The notes under the pieces: model-generated
What the model saw: only the letters and a program-made list of their open reading frames with translations
Told to the model about the DNA's origin: nothing
Databases searched by the model: none
Origin: Eremomyces bilateralis CBS 781.70
Taxonomy: Eukaryota
Length of the DNA: 53,682 bases
NCBI GenBank assembly: GCA_010015585.1
Contig: ML975168.1
Strand: one strand, 5' to 3'
Part shown: positions 23,201 to 36,344 of the stretch, piece by piece
Layout: the number at the start of each line of letters is the position of its first letter
Numbering within the stretch: the first letter of the stretch is position 1
Position numbers and translations under genes: made by a program

Positions 23201-25676
23201 AGAAACGGTCAAGTGACGCGGAGACTGGTGCTGGGATCTAGCCCGCGGGTTCAGCGGGAGGGAGCGCAGCGATGCTGTGCGTGTGCGTTCAGAGTGGGGA
23301 CAGTTTTCTGGGGTAGAAAATTAGAAATGGAGTCTGGTCGCCCATGTTCGAGGTTGAAAGAAAACAATTCACAGAATCGTGTTTTCGTCATGGAATCTTC
23401 GATTTTGCCATTTGCGAGACGGGTAGACTGGAGTAGCGTCATCTTGCGAAGTAATACAGGGGATTCGATCGCGATCCAGATATCGGATAGTGAAATGCAG
23501 AAATACAATCGAATCCTCGCGCAGCGCAAAGTTTGCCTGGGAGTTTCATCTCGAGACACTCGCAAACGCGGTTGAGGAAAGATTCTCCATACATAGTAAA
23601 GACTTACATAGTACAATACCTGTCTCGTCCTCATTGGCGACTACGCTGAGGGACATATATTAGCGTTATAGGACGTTGAACAGCTCAACAAATTGGCCAT
23701 TCTAATTAATCCCATAGGGTCTCTACTGTGTTAGCGAATCTCACGATAAGTCTCACGAGTCAATAATCCGACCCTATCGACGATCTCCTGGTTCTGGTGA
23801 CCACATCCCCCATCTCACAAGCAGCAAATTTTTCTATTTCTCTTATCCGCATTGGTGGTTCCATTTCGGCTGCTCTTGGAGCCCATCCATTTGCGAACCT
23901 CGTTGGTTCCGGGCGTTGCTGGTTATGCACCTAGGAGCGGCTGCATGACGCCTGTAAGAGAGGAGGGCAGATATGCAGCGGAGGACGGGCGAAACTGGGC
24001 CCTGGAGCTCCAAGTGGTGGGTGGATGGGACGGAGGATATGCAGGTGCAGGTAGAATGCAGAGGTGCAGTAGTGGCCTGCGTATAGAGGCCTTACGGACC
24101 TAATTAGATGAGGGTGGAGAAATGGTGTGGAGAATTTGCATACCGCGTAGTGCGTACAGCACTATGTACATAGTAAAGTCGGGAGGTAGGCTGAGAGAGG
24201 AGAGTGCGAAACTGTTAGAAGCATGAAGATATAGGGTTGGTGGCGGCGAATATACACAATTGACCTGGTTTATTCGATGTTGCTGCGCTTCGATATCGAG
24301 GGCTTTGCCACACAGGATGGAAAGTGCAGACGCTTAACGAAGGCTAGACCTAGAAACAAGATCGAGATCGTTAAGAGATGCTTATCGTCTGTTAGCACGA
24401 GGGTTGAAATACTTTCTCAAACTTCCTGCTTGGATTGGGCATCCCCATCGTCCCGTCCGGGACAATCAGCTCAGTCCATCCTTCATCTGGATCCGTCAAT
24501 TATCCCCGGTAGTTCATTCAATTTCGAATACCTCCTCCATGTCATCATGCACTCACGCACATGCAAAGTGATGATCTGGCATATTGCATCCATCTCATCA
24601 ATCAGATCCGCTCCACCAGTTCGAGCATCGTTAGCGTCGCTTTCACCGCCATCTGGTCTCATTAGCTGCATATTATGGCTTCCATACGTTGACGGCTTGG
24701 GTTTTCATTGGACTGCTAATCGGACTTGAGGTTCAGAGATTGACGTCCGAGATGAAATGTTGAAGAATTTTGACGTTGAGAGACCGGAATGTTTGGCGAG
24801 GTGAGATGGCTCTGCGGCACGGTTCTGTTGAGGATGGGTGGATGCAATTACTTCCAAAGTGGAGGTGAAGATGGAGAGAGACGGTCGATAGATCGTCCAG
24901 TGGCTTTCTCACCGCTCGGAGGAAGTATTCTTGGTGGAGGTATGCGATTCCAATTCATCGTGAAATGGTTCAATGATTGCTAGGATCTAAAAACGCCATC
25001 TACACGATACGTGAAGGGAATAAGCGAAGATTAGTCGTTCGACAATGAGATATTAGCTGCACAAGAAATATATGACCGTTCTGTTGGAGCACAGGCATCT
25101 CTGATAGAGAACTATCATGCACGTAGTGAAATAGATAGAATACGGGTATGGCAAACTTACGAACATCGAGCACAAAGCACGTCACTGAACCGCAACATCA
25201 CCATCACCAATACCCCACCATCAAACATTACCGTATCCCAATCCCATCAAATCTATCCCAAATCTCCCAAATTGCGTTTCACATCCCGCCGCTTTCGCCC
25301 AGCCGTTGTCCCAGGATTTTCAAAACCCCGTCAGCCCGTGTAATATCGGACCCTGGCGCTTCGCCGATAAGATAGACCACCGTTCTGACGTCTGCCAAAA
25401 ACCATCGATGCGGACGAGCAAGGACCCTTGTACCAATCTATTCAACCGCCTGGGATAGCAGCCAACATCTGCTGCAGACAATAGGGGCAGAAGAGTCGTC
25501 GAGCGTGCATTGCATTGGTCGTGTGGGTTATCCGCAATCACGAGACGGCGGTCGAAGCCGGTAGAGTGGTGGAGTAGACTTTGAGGGTTGACCTGGACGT
25601 TCGGGGTTCGCAGTTGGCGCTAGTCTTGATAGGATCGTGAGTATCGATTACGGATCAATAGACAAGGAGCGAGAAA

Positions 25677-26714
25677 ATGAAGATTGAGGGAGTGGAAGTG
25701 GTGTTGCTCGATATCGGTGAGTGCAGCGCTGCATCAGATCACGAATTTGATATTGGATCGAGGCGTACAATAATCGACCTTCACCAAAGTAGCGAGAGTA
25801 TATTGTATTGCCCCAGACGAATTCAAGAGCATGGAATATTGGGGTTTAATGATACGATTATTGATCTTCATCGTCATATAATTTTCTTCGATAACACCAA
25901 ACTGACTTCTTTTGAACCAATGTACAGAGGGCACCATCCTTCCCATTGACTTTGTCAAAAAAGAGCTAGTATGTCCCCTTACTCCTCTCCTTTCACCCTA
26001 CTGACCATCGCCAGTACCCCTACGCTCTCCGAGGACTTCCCAAGCTCCTCGACCAGCACTTCAAGAAACCCATTCCCGCGCTCGTCGAGCCCATCGCTCT
26101 CTTCCCCCCTGAGGTCCGCCGCAGTCCAGCAGATCTCTATACCCACCTGCATGATCTCACCGAAAAGGACATCAAGCACCCCGGCCTCAAGCAACTACAA
26201 GGCCATGTCTGGCGCCAAGGCTACCGAGACGGCGTGCTGAGAGCTCGACTGTTCCCCGACGTCAAACCCGCTTTTGATCGCTGGGCCGCGAACGGCAAAA
26301 CGCTTGCGATCTATTCGAGTGGGAGCGTACAGGCGCAACGGCTGCTGTTCCAGCATGTCGAGGATCCAGAAAATCCAGGGCCGGATACGGTGAAGGATTA
26401 CGAAGGGTACTTCGACCAAAATTACTTCGATACGCAGAATGCCGGGATGAAGGCGGAGCAGGTGAGCTATGTGAAGATTGCGGCAGCGCTGGGGAAGAAG
26501 CCCGAGAGCATTCTGTTTTTGAGTGATAGTGACAAAGGTAAGCTGGTCGATTGCATGGCGAACGCAGCAGAGTACTGACTAGATGATAGAGGTCCTCGCG
26601 GCCAAGTTAGCGGATATGCAATCCGTGCTTGTTCAGAGGCCGGGGAACCCGGAGCAGGACATGGCGGCGCTGTTGGATGTTGTGGGAACTTTCGATGAGT
26701 TGAATTTGGTCTGA
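25677..26714 (+). CDS. UTR4: Enolase-phosphatase E1 (methionine salvage, HAD family); 3 introns, first 25717-25927
   Basis: VLLDI|EGT (HAD motif I), LKQLQGHVW, IYSSGSVQAQRLLF, ILFLSD, VQRPGN. Confidence 0.92.
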
Positions 26715-26994
26715 AAAGGGGGAGAAGGGTTCATTCCATGTTGGCATTATTCATGAATACTAGTACTATTGCATACTCGGTGTTGGGTTTGACTTCAGTA
26801 TTCCTAGACTAAAGTTATCCTGACCCTGTTCTATAGGGCCGTTTCCTAGACTCCCATGCTAGAGCCTAATGTTCCAATGGTTCCAACGCCATGCGGATAC
26901 GTAAATCGCTTGCTTTATGGCCTTTTACCCGACCTGTAGCGCCCAACTCTGGCCAAGTTTAGCCAGCAGATAAGGATTCCTCGCCCAGCCTGAG

Positions 26995-29015
26995 CTATGA
27001 GGCACCGTTAAGTCCATTCATCCCATTGGCTGTCCCATTCGCCAATTCGTTTCCGTCCTCTTCCATTACCGTTGAAAATGCGGGCTTTGACAGACAACCT
27101 GGGCAATTATGCATCTGCTCATGACTGAAGATATCGCAGTCAATGCAGAAGTGGCCTTCACAAGCCTCACACTCGTACCGCGAGCTCTCACTCGCGCCCA
27201 ATTCCTTGCTCAACTGATCCCGTTCTCTTTCTTCTTGACTTTCCCCTCCATTCTCCATCACCTCATCCTCTCTCCCCTTTCCTTTATCTCTCCTACTACC
27301 GCCAACATCGTCCACCCCAGCGCCCATAGGTATCGTCGGGAACTTAATCAAACAACCAGCGCACTGTACGGTCCCTTTCTCCCTCGCTCGTTTCCAGGTC
27401 ACGGCAATCCAGTTGCGCAGAGGAAATAGGTGGTGATAACTCCGCGCCAGATGCGTCGAGAGGATCAATGTCAGCCCGCACGCCGGGCACGTCGCTGGCA
27501 AACTGCACAGCTTGGCTTTGCACCTCGAGCAGGTATACCCGCCTCTCGACAGCGTCCCATGGCACGCACACAACGACGGCGCATCCGTGATGGTCCTCGA
27601 CGGAAACCCCATGCACAGTAGCGACGCGCCCACGGGGCCAGCCGCCCCATCCTCCGCCGTTCCCTCCGTCGCCCCTGACCGGATCGCTGGCGGCGTCGTG
27701 GTGCTCATCAGCAGGTCGCGGAGGTGCGGCTCGTCCAGCGCAACATTGTAGCTCGCATCGGACCCGGAATTCGTCCGCTCGCAGATCTCCTGGCAAATTT
27801 TCAAGCGGCCGGACATGCCGATGATGGAGACGCGGAGGCGGTCACGCGCGCACGCCGCGATGGTCTTGTGGATGTCCCCGGGGTCGAGGGATAGCAGCGC
27901 GCCGAGGATGATGATCACCTCCCGCGTGCCGTGACTCGGCGTGTGATACAGCTGCGCCCGCGCCATCTCCAGCGCGTTCTGTAATGACGGATTCCCCTTC
28001 GGTTCGCGCGGGCTCTCGCGAGGGTTGACTGGATTTCGGAGCGATTGGATGGCGGTGATGTGGTGAGTGGGGTTGCCGGACAAATCGGAGATCAGGTGGC
28101 AGAGGCCGTCGTGCATGACCATCACGGCAAGCTGACTGATGGGGTTTTGCTCGAAGAATTCGCGGACGTAGGTGGTTGCGTGCTTGAGGGTGACGAGGTA
28201 GCGAGTGGGTCGCATGTCTTTTTCGGCCATGGCGGCGCTGAGGTCGAGGATGAGGACGACATGCCGGATGATGCCGCGTTGGAAGGGCTGGGTATCTTGT
28301 CGGAGTCTGGTGTGTCTATGAGCTTTGGAATCGTATGAACGCATGCTTGAGTAATGTTTAGGTTTGAAGACTGAAATGGAGACTTGTTGATGTTCAGGAG
28401 GTCAAAGGGGGTTTGAATAGAGAGGGGCAATATTGAATACGATATTCGCAAGTGAAAGTGATCATGGCCAAAATAAACATGACAATATCGTATGGAAGAG
28501 ATTCTAAAGAATGCATATCACTGCTGCTACCCGCAGGACTGACAACATTCACATGGTAATCTGCCACAATCACCTCTCTCCATTCATCATCCTTTTTCTT
28601 CTTATCCAACTATACCATAAGGTCCTCCAACAGGATTAGGCCTCTAAATCGCTTGCAAGACACAGCAATCACAAACCATACAAACCACACAGACTTAGAA
28701 TATAAGGAAAACTTAAACCCACCTCTCCCTCTTCCTCGCCTCCACCAACTCCTCCACACTGGCCCCAATCCTTCCCCCAATCTCCCTCAACCCCCGATTC
28801 TTCCCCTTTACCCCGCCCTCCCACGACTTCCCTTGTGGCGCTTTCTCCCCTCTTTTCTCCCTCCGCTTCTCCTTGCCGTTTTCGCGTCGCGAGCGCTTGT
28901 TGTGGGCGGTCGCGTTGATGGAGAAGCCTTCGTGGCCGGAGGACTCGGTGTCGTGGTCGACGTCGAGGGAGGCGGCGGAGGGGGGGGACGCGACGTATTC
29001 GGCGTCGGAATCCAT
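26995..29015 (-). CDS. SSL1: TFIIH p44 subunit (vWA + Zn fingers); one 416-nt intron 28307-28722
   Basis: RKRER|LRQDTQPFQRGIIRH, DMRPTR, FFEQNPISQL, PSLQNALE, HLARSYHHLFPL, FCIDCD...HNCPGC. Confidence 0.95.
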
Positions 29016-29816
29016 GGTGGATGGGAGGCAGGGGCGGAGATGGGGATTATTGGAGGGTGGATGGATGGGCGGAGGGAGGGACACGGGTGTGGGGTGGGCT
29101 ACAAGTTTGGGTGAGGGACACGGGAGATCTTCAGGTGGGGGTAATGAGGATGGACGGAAACAGAGAATCTGTGTATTAAGGATTTAATGTACAATGTATG
29201 AAGAAGTTGATCGGAAGATCGTTGGTCTCTATCAGTATGAGTTGAGGTTGAGATCAGTATCACGTGATATCAAATTTATCAGCTATCTTGGATTCCCTAA
29301 ATCGAAGTCACTTGCATACCAGTAGGAGTCAAATTACCTGCGGGAATCGCTTCGAACAAGTCTCCTTAGTAGTCTAAAGTATTTCATTTCGATGTATTCA
29401 ACTAAATTAAGCTGGCCGTCTCTCCATCCACGGCCAGTTCTCAATCCCTTCTCTCCTCCCATCCACAAGCCGAACGACCAGGCAGAAGCGTAGGATATCA
29501 AAGGCCTGTTAATGTAACGCCGTGCTAAATAATCCCAAAATGTTCACTTCGTTCGCTTGCTGCTTCGCTCACTTCATGCCTCGCTCTTCAACTCTTGAGC
29601 GTTTACCATCCATTCCTGAGGGTACTCGAGGCAATGGTATAGAAAAGCGAATAGGACTTGCGACCCATGCATGATCCAACGCGGCTCACTCTACCCAAGC
29701 TCTGCCATTCCCTTTCATCTCGCAAATACCCAAAACACCCTCATTACGCATTATACTTCTTGAAGTTGAGTAAATGCAAAACCAATCAAAGCAACCGCAT
29801 GCACTGCTAGCACTTA

Positions 29817-31077
29817 TCATGCTGCTGGGATGGGCCAGTCGTCTTCCGTGATACTCGACCAGAACACCCAGATCATGACGACGGAAAGCAAGACGAAGAG
29901 GGACTCGAACATGCCGCCGTTAATGCGACCTTTGCTGCCGGTGCAGATGTGCACGCTAACGACGAATTGGAAGATCTGGCTGAGGGCGAAAAGAAGGGCA
30001 GCAGCGCCAAGGTACACTGTTGGCAAAATGGAAATCAGCACGTCTGTTAGGGGTAAAGGATGTAGGGCAACGTACGCATTGGTTTTCTCTCCCCAAGTAT
30101 TCGTAGGACCAGGAAGGTTTCTAGCACGAAAAAGACGACCAGGAACACCAGTGGTGCAAGCAGATACAGCGTGTACAGCGCGTATGCTTGGTTTGGTGGA
30201 TTCAGGGTGTCGTCCCAGTATCCCGTCCAGCTGTAGCCCGTATCAAGCGCGATATATCCGGTGCCGACGAAGAGAATGAGCGCCGAGACGATGGTCAATC
30301 CCATGGAGAGTGGCGTGCCATCTTCCAGGAGCTGATAGCCGACAACCCCGTTGAGCATCAGCATCCAGACTGATGCGATCACGGCGGCGATGTGTAAAGC
30401 GGAGAAGACCTGAGAGGTTAGTTATTTCGTTCCTAATCCATAACCCAAATCGTAACTAGGGGAACCGTACAATTCGAACCTTCCCGTCGAGCGGGAAGAA
30501 ACCGACGGAGAAGATTTCGCAAATCGAAACGATTATATAGCCAATGAGGAACATTTGCATCTCTCTGTGGTGATTGTCAACATATGGCTCTTTCATGTGA
30601 ACACTTTGACGTCGCACCTTCGGCCTACTGCCGCCTTCTTCATTTGTGAACGCCATAGCAAAAAGAATGAGACAAGTATTGCAACGAAGCAGAACAATAT
30701 CGATCCTATAGACTTGTCAGCATTGCCCGTTATCGAGCAAGTACTGAGAGGTTCCGCATACCGAGGTTTCCCAAATAATTGTCGTTGCTCAATGTTATGC
30801 CGTTTAGGTCGCATCCGCCATAACCGTCACCGCCTCGAGTCGGCGATTCGTTAAAGAGCTATATCTATCAGCATTCGCGCTCCCATTGATTATTCGTGAC
30901 CCGGTATTCTTACATTACAGACTGCGCATACACATGTTAGCATTTTGTCCATACAATGCCTTGCAGTGACGTGAAACACAGCCGCTTTGAGAGAACAATG
31001 GGATACACACCTGGAATTGTCGCTCTCGCACTCCCCGAGTCTCGACAGAAGTCAAACCATTTCCCATAGTTCGACAT
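29817..31077 (-). CDS. Chs7-like chitin synthase export chaperone; multi-exon, including an 8-nt micro-exon (30914-30921)
   Basis: Spliced product MSNYGKWFDFCRDS...IPVCNLF...GNLGSILFC...AAVGRREMQMFL...NGVVGYQLLEDGT...FWSSITEDDW. Confidence 0.88.
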
Positions 31078-33305
31078 CCTGCCGACCACGCAGTGTGCGA
31101 CGGTTGTCCAGGCCGGAGAAGCTGCGCTGGGAGATCTCGCTGGGATCGGATTTCGTTTGTTACACGATCGACGTCAGGCGTATGGCTTCTTCGCGCTTCA
31201 ATTCGACTCGCTAATTGACAGATTCGCTGGAAAATTGGTCGGGATATGGAGTTATCGTAGGCGCTTCTATTGATTGATTGTCGTTGCAAGTCAAATGAAA
31301 GGTCGAATGCGAGGTCGAATGTGATGTGAGGTGAGGTGTCGATGCCGATGGATCGCGATGCAGATGGCGGAGTGAGAGGAGCAGAATGGGCCGACGACGT
31401 AAGCAAGGAGGCTCACAAAGTCACAATGGGCGTCAGAGGATCCGAATGCAAATGATTGGACTGAAATGTGAATAGCACAGAGCGAGAGGATTGGGCAACG
31501 GCTGTAACATGTGTGAGAGAAGCAAAGGCTCCCCTTCTCGAAGCAACAAGATTCAGGTAGGAATCAGGTTTGCTGTTGTTGCCAAGGAGTGAGAAGGTGA
31601 ACAGTCCACTCTACGATCCCTGACACGCCAATATCCTGCCAACTAATTACACACGTAACAACGCAAGATTTCTCGCAGCAACCCAGTCGACCAACGACAA
31701 GGGCCGCATGGCAAATCTCAAATCTGTGGCGCAAATTGGGAATTGGGCAGACAGGACGGGCAAAGATCGTGGACTGTGGGACTATGGACTGTGGAGACAG
31801 GGTTTAGCACCTCTGGCCCTCAATGATCTCCCTCAGCAGCTCAGCCCCGTTTCAAACGTATCAGTTAGCGCCCCGGTGCCTGGATCTCCGGTTTGAGAGG
31901 TTAATCAAAGCATAATAATGATACCATGTGATCCCTCATCACGCATGGTCGCGTGGACGATGGAAACATGATCGATCAACGACCTGCACCGACGACGAAG
32001 AGGAGGGTGGTAATGACTAGGAGCAAGGAGAAGATACAGAAGACCCTGGAGCTTCCCTGAATTGAATCTCCCCGGTGTGGAACTTGCTCCATATCCGTAC
32101 CGATTCCCGAGATGAGATTGATGGGTAAGGCGATGATCCATCGCAATTTCAGGTCTAACAAGGGTAGACCACATCCGCTCCGATGAAGTCCCAAACTTGC
32201 CATCTCCTCGATGCGCAATCTACTTACATACACTGTTTATGGCATTGGTTTCGCCTCGACGAACCATCTATTCTCATTTGGCGTTCTAGAATTATGTGGC
32301 TCAGCCTGCCACGATGCATCGGCCTAGCACTCTAGATAGCCTGATGACATGGCTAGCCTAGCGATGCCAATTCGCTCTAAACATCATTCGTTTTATGCAA
32401 AATGCATTTAGAGATTTGAATGGTCTATTGTTGTCTAAACCATCGAATTTGATACGCCTATTAGCCTTTCTTTAAGTTCCTTTGCATCGTTATTCTTGTG
32501 TTATTCCTCATGTTATGCCAGACGTCAGCCATCTATTATTCTCCATTAAGCCTTTGATCCTCTTCCGGGCAGCTGAATCAAGTCACAGTTTACAATCCTA
32601 CTGTCCGAGTGGACGATGATTCAAGTTATGCTCAGCCTCGTGTGATACACATCCATGCATGCTGCCGCTACATGAGTTCCTCTGAGCATCACGACCAGTC
32701 AGGCAGAGTCGAGCCTTGTTTGAATTATACGGATATGCCACAATCTTCGATCTTGAAAACCCCATTTGAAGCCAGCATGGATCGCATAAGTCATTGTCCC
32801 CAGCTTAAGTAAATCTGTAGGGAAAAGGTTCTGGAATTTCTCAGGTTTCTAGAGAGCGTTTTGCAGGTTATTTTCCCTTGCGTTTCGCTCTCGTGCCAAA
32901 TTCGCTATCAATAGTCGGCCAATCAATCCCTTGCCAACGGTGCCTAGTTAACACTTGCTCGCTCCAGTGGCTTTTCTATTGAGTCAGTAGCAGTGTCTTA
33001 GTGATTGGTACGCTTTGTAAATAGGCCGATCCGAATGTAGGATTCTTACTTCACGTGATGCAGGTGTAGCTGGATTGCTGGAGGCATGGTTGGGGACTTG
33101 GGGTGTACGTTGAGGCTGTTACGGGAGTCAAGGGTGTATGTATGGACTTATTAGTTATTCGTAAGCATCGCAACAGACTCAGCATTCAATCAAGCAACTC
33201 AACATCTGCTTGTCTATTACAACATCTATGCGACCGAGAGCGCAAATGAGAACTATATCCTAAACTCTCAACCTAGTCAGAATGCAACGGTGATGATGTT
33301 CAATA

Positions 33306-35200
33306 ATGGCTAGCGGCTCCATCCCCCACCATCCCAATATCCACAAACAATGGCGGCATCTGATTTATGGCCCACTATCGAAGCTGCCAGGCAGCAGCAA
33401 CCAGTCCCGATATATTCTTATCGTTGACGCGCTTGATGAGTGCGAGGACGAGAATGACATCCGGACTATTCTAGAACTATTAGCGGAGGCTCAATCCTTA
33501 GAGACGGTCCAGCTTCGAGTATTCTTAACCAGCCGGCCTGAGGTTCCCATCCGCAACAGCTTCGACCATCCTAGATGCCGTGCATCAGGATTTTGTACTC
33601 CACAAAATATCGTCGTCGATTGTCGATCACGATATCCGCATATTCTTGCGGCACGAGCTCGAACGTATTGCTCATAGGCACTATCCTGATGCTGGCTGGC
33701 TGGCGAGCAGAACGTTGAGCAACTCGTTGAACAACTCGTTCACAGTGCAAATGGGCTATTCATCTGGGCGGCCACTGCATGCCGCTTCATCCGCGAAGGG
33801 GAAAGCTTTGCAGCAAAGAGACTAAACATAATCCTAAACCATAGCAGCACTGCAATTAATGCGCCGGAGAAGCATCTCAACGAGATCTATACTACTGTTC
33901 TTCGCCACTGTATATCTCCAGCCTATTCAGATGAAGAGGTAGAAGAGCGATTATCTAAGCTGAGAAGCCTGCTTGGAAGCATTGTGACTATTCTCTCCGC
34001 TCTCTGCCCAGTCTTTAAGCAAACTACTCAGGATCCCTCAAGACAAAGTAGATCAAACACTTGCTGATCTCCACGCGATTCTCGACATTCCTAAAGAGCA
34101 AAGCCGTCCACCCCGTATTCATCATCCTTCATTCCGGGGTTTCCTTTACGAAAAGACGAGATGCGGAGATTTTTGGGTCGACGAGAAGCAAGCGCACCAG
34201 GCCCTAGCCACAAAATGTATACAACTCATATCTAAATCGCTCAAACGAGATATTCTTGATATTGACCCGCCAGGAGCACTTGTGGCTGACGTTGAAACCT
34301 GTCATGTGGAGAATCACCTTCTTCCATATGTTCCGTATGCATGTCTTTATTGGGTACAGCATCTTCGGAGGAGCGGTGCTCATCTCGAAGTCCAAGTACA
34401 CCGTTTCATACAGGAGCACCTGCTCCACTGGCTAGAGGCCCTTGGATGGATGGGGAAGATTTCGGAAGGAGTCTATGCTATCGCATCTTTAGAGTCATTT
34501 GCTTCGGTCAGTACTCCTCCAGCGCAGCGAAAGTTTACGCTAACAATTCGGTTAGTCAAGTGAACTGTCCTGGTCTTTCGGATTTCATCGATGATACGAA
34601 GCGGTTCGTCCTCTATAACCGGCCAGCTATCGAGCAGGCTCCCCTTCAGACGTACTGCAGTGCCCTCGCCTTCGCACCGGCGAAGAGCATAATAAAGGAG
34701 AAGTTTAAACAATGCATACCTAGATGGATACGAAGGTTGCCAAGGGTAGTGGAGAAGTGGAATGCCGTGCTGCAGACGCTCGAGGGCCATACAGGCGGGG
34801 TCTGGACTATGGCCTTCTCACCGGACGGCAAGACACTGGCGTCGGACTCGAGCGACAGCACAGCCAAGCTGTGGGACGCCGGATGGGCGCGCTGCTGCAG
34901 ACGCCCGAGGGCCATGCGGACGTGATCTGGGCCGTAGCCTTCTCGCCGGACGGCACCTCTCCCCAGGCCAATGTTGGTTCGTTCAATCTTTCATTATCTA
35001 TCTCTGATGGGACAGCTGTTTCCCAACCACAGGATCGACCCTTCATCTTCGTTGAGGACCAATGGGTGAGTTGTCGTTATACTGACCGGGTTCTTTGGCT
35101 TCCACCCGAGCATCGGCCATACTGCGTTGCTATTTATGGGGGCATTGTTGGGTTTGGGTACCTGTCTGGAAGAGTTTCAATCATGGAATTCGCTTTCTGA
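33306..35200 (+). pseudogene. Frameshifted, 5'-truncated NACHT-WD40 NLR-like gene (HET-E type)
   Basis: Walker [68 protein letters not shown] and WD repeats LQTLEGH...AFSPDG are spread over several frames. No P-loop or effector domain is recognisable upstream. Confidence 0.85.
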
Positions 35201-35499
35201 TATTTTCTTAAGATTTCATTAACCTCCCCCCTCACCACCGTTATGGATAAATGTCCCTATACTCTATGAATAGCACGGGTGGCGACTGCTAATTAAGTGT
35301 TTGAAATCAAAGTTGGGTGGCTCTTTATTATATACACAAACCCCGAAAATCATTGTCTGGTTCTCGTTTAGAGAAGGATTCGCCAGTGACAGCTTGGGGG
35401 GGGTTTCGTTTACTGTTAAGCGCATGTAAATGCCATACAACCTTGTACAGAAACGCATTCGCTAATTCCAGTATAGATTTCGGGGCTTACGTCGCGAAC

Positions 35500-35770
35500 A
35501 ATCGCCCATCGACGACTAGAATCGGGGGAAAGAATTTTGAGCAGGCTCGACAATGGCTTTCGACATGTCTCCAGCACCACCAAAGGGCTGTCCCCAGTCG
35601 AGCCATCACGAACTACCAACGCGACTCGTCAAGGTCAAAAGACGAAATGGGAAGATAGTTGCATGATTGTGCAACGGTTCCAAACTCTCCCCATAGTCCC
35701 CGTGTCCCACACTCAGTCATTGCCAGGGAGAGACCGCCAGTATCGTAGAAGAGTTGCTGGATAGATACTG
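35500..35770 (+). pseudogene. Degenerate HET-domain gene fragment
   Basis: ARQWLSTCLQHH, ELPTRLVKV, TLSHCQG (cf. TLSHCWG) and WID, with frameshifts and in-frame stops. Confidence 0.65.
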
Positions 35771-36344
35771 CTCTCAAAATATTCGACCAGGAAACCTTTC
35801 CTGCTCGGCATGGCACCGATTCCAAAATCTCCATGAGATGAATAGCGTGGCCGATAAAGATTAACAGAACAGCAGCAATTCGACTGCACGATGGCAGATA
35901 CTAGGTTGTGCGTCCTGTGAATCGTTCTTCTGCCTACGTAGACTTGTTTTGGCGCTTTGCTGAAAGATCGGAAAGGCTTAGCTCGGATGATAGGCCTGGA
36001 ACCCTTTGGGGGAGCGGTTAGATTGACAAAATCACGCGAGTATCGCGTCCTGCAAAGGCCTTTCGGCTTTCCTGCGACCTCCGAGACAGCCATCATTGCG
36101 GACGTGGTCTCCGAACCGGGAGACGAGACACATCCTCATGGACGCGAGCGCGAAGAAGTTGAGGGTCTGCCACACGAGCGTGTTCTTCATCTTTATTTCT
36201 CTCCAGCAGCGTCTGAGCGGCATGATCGTGGGCATCGGGGGATCTCCAAAGCGCCGGGAACAACGTCTCCGAGATAGAGGGCAGCAGCGGAATCCAGCAG
36301 AGCATCAAACGCTGCATAAATTCCTGTCACTGCACATTCGACGT

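Noticed and set aside
26915..26935. GCCTTTTAC matching U5 snRNA loop I
   Set aside because: Flanks do not form the U5 stem, no Sm site is seen, and it lies between convergent 3' ends.
35864..36340. Several 70-130 aa ORFs downstream of CYC2
   Set aside because: No recognisable domain; likely UTR or decayed sequence.
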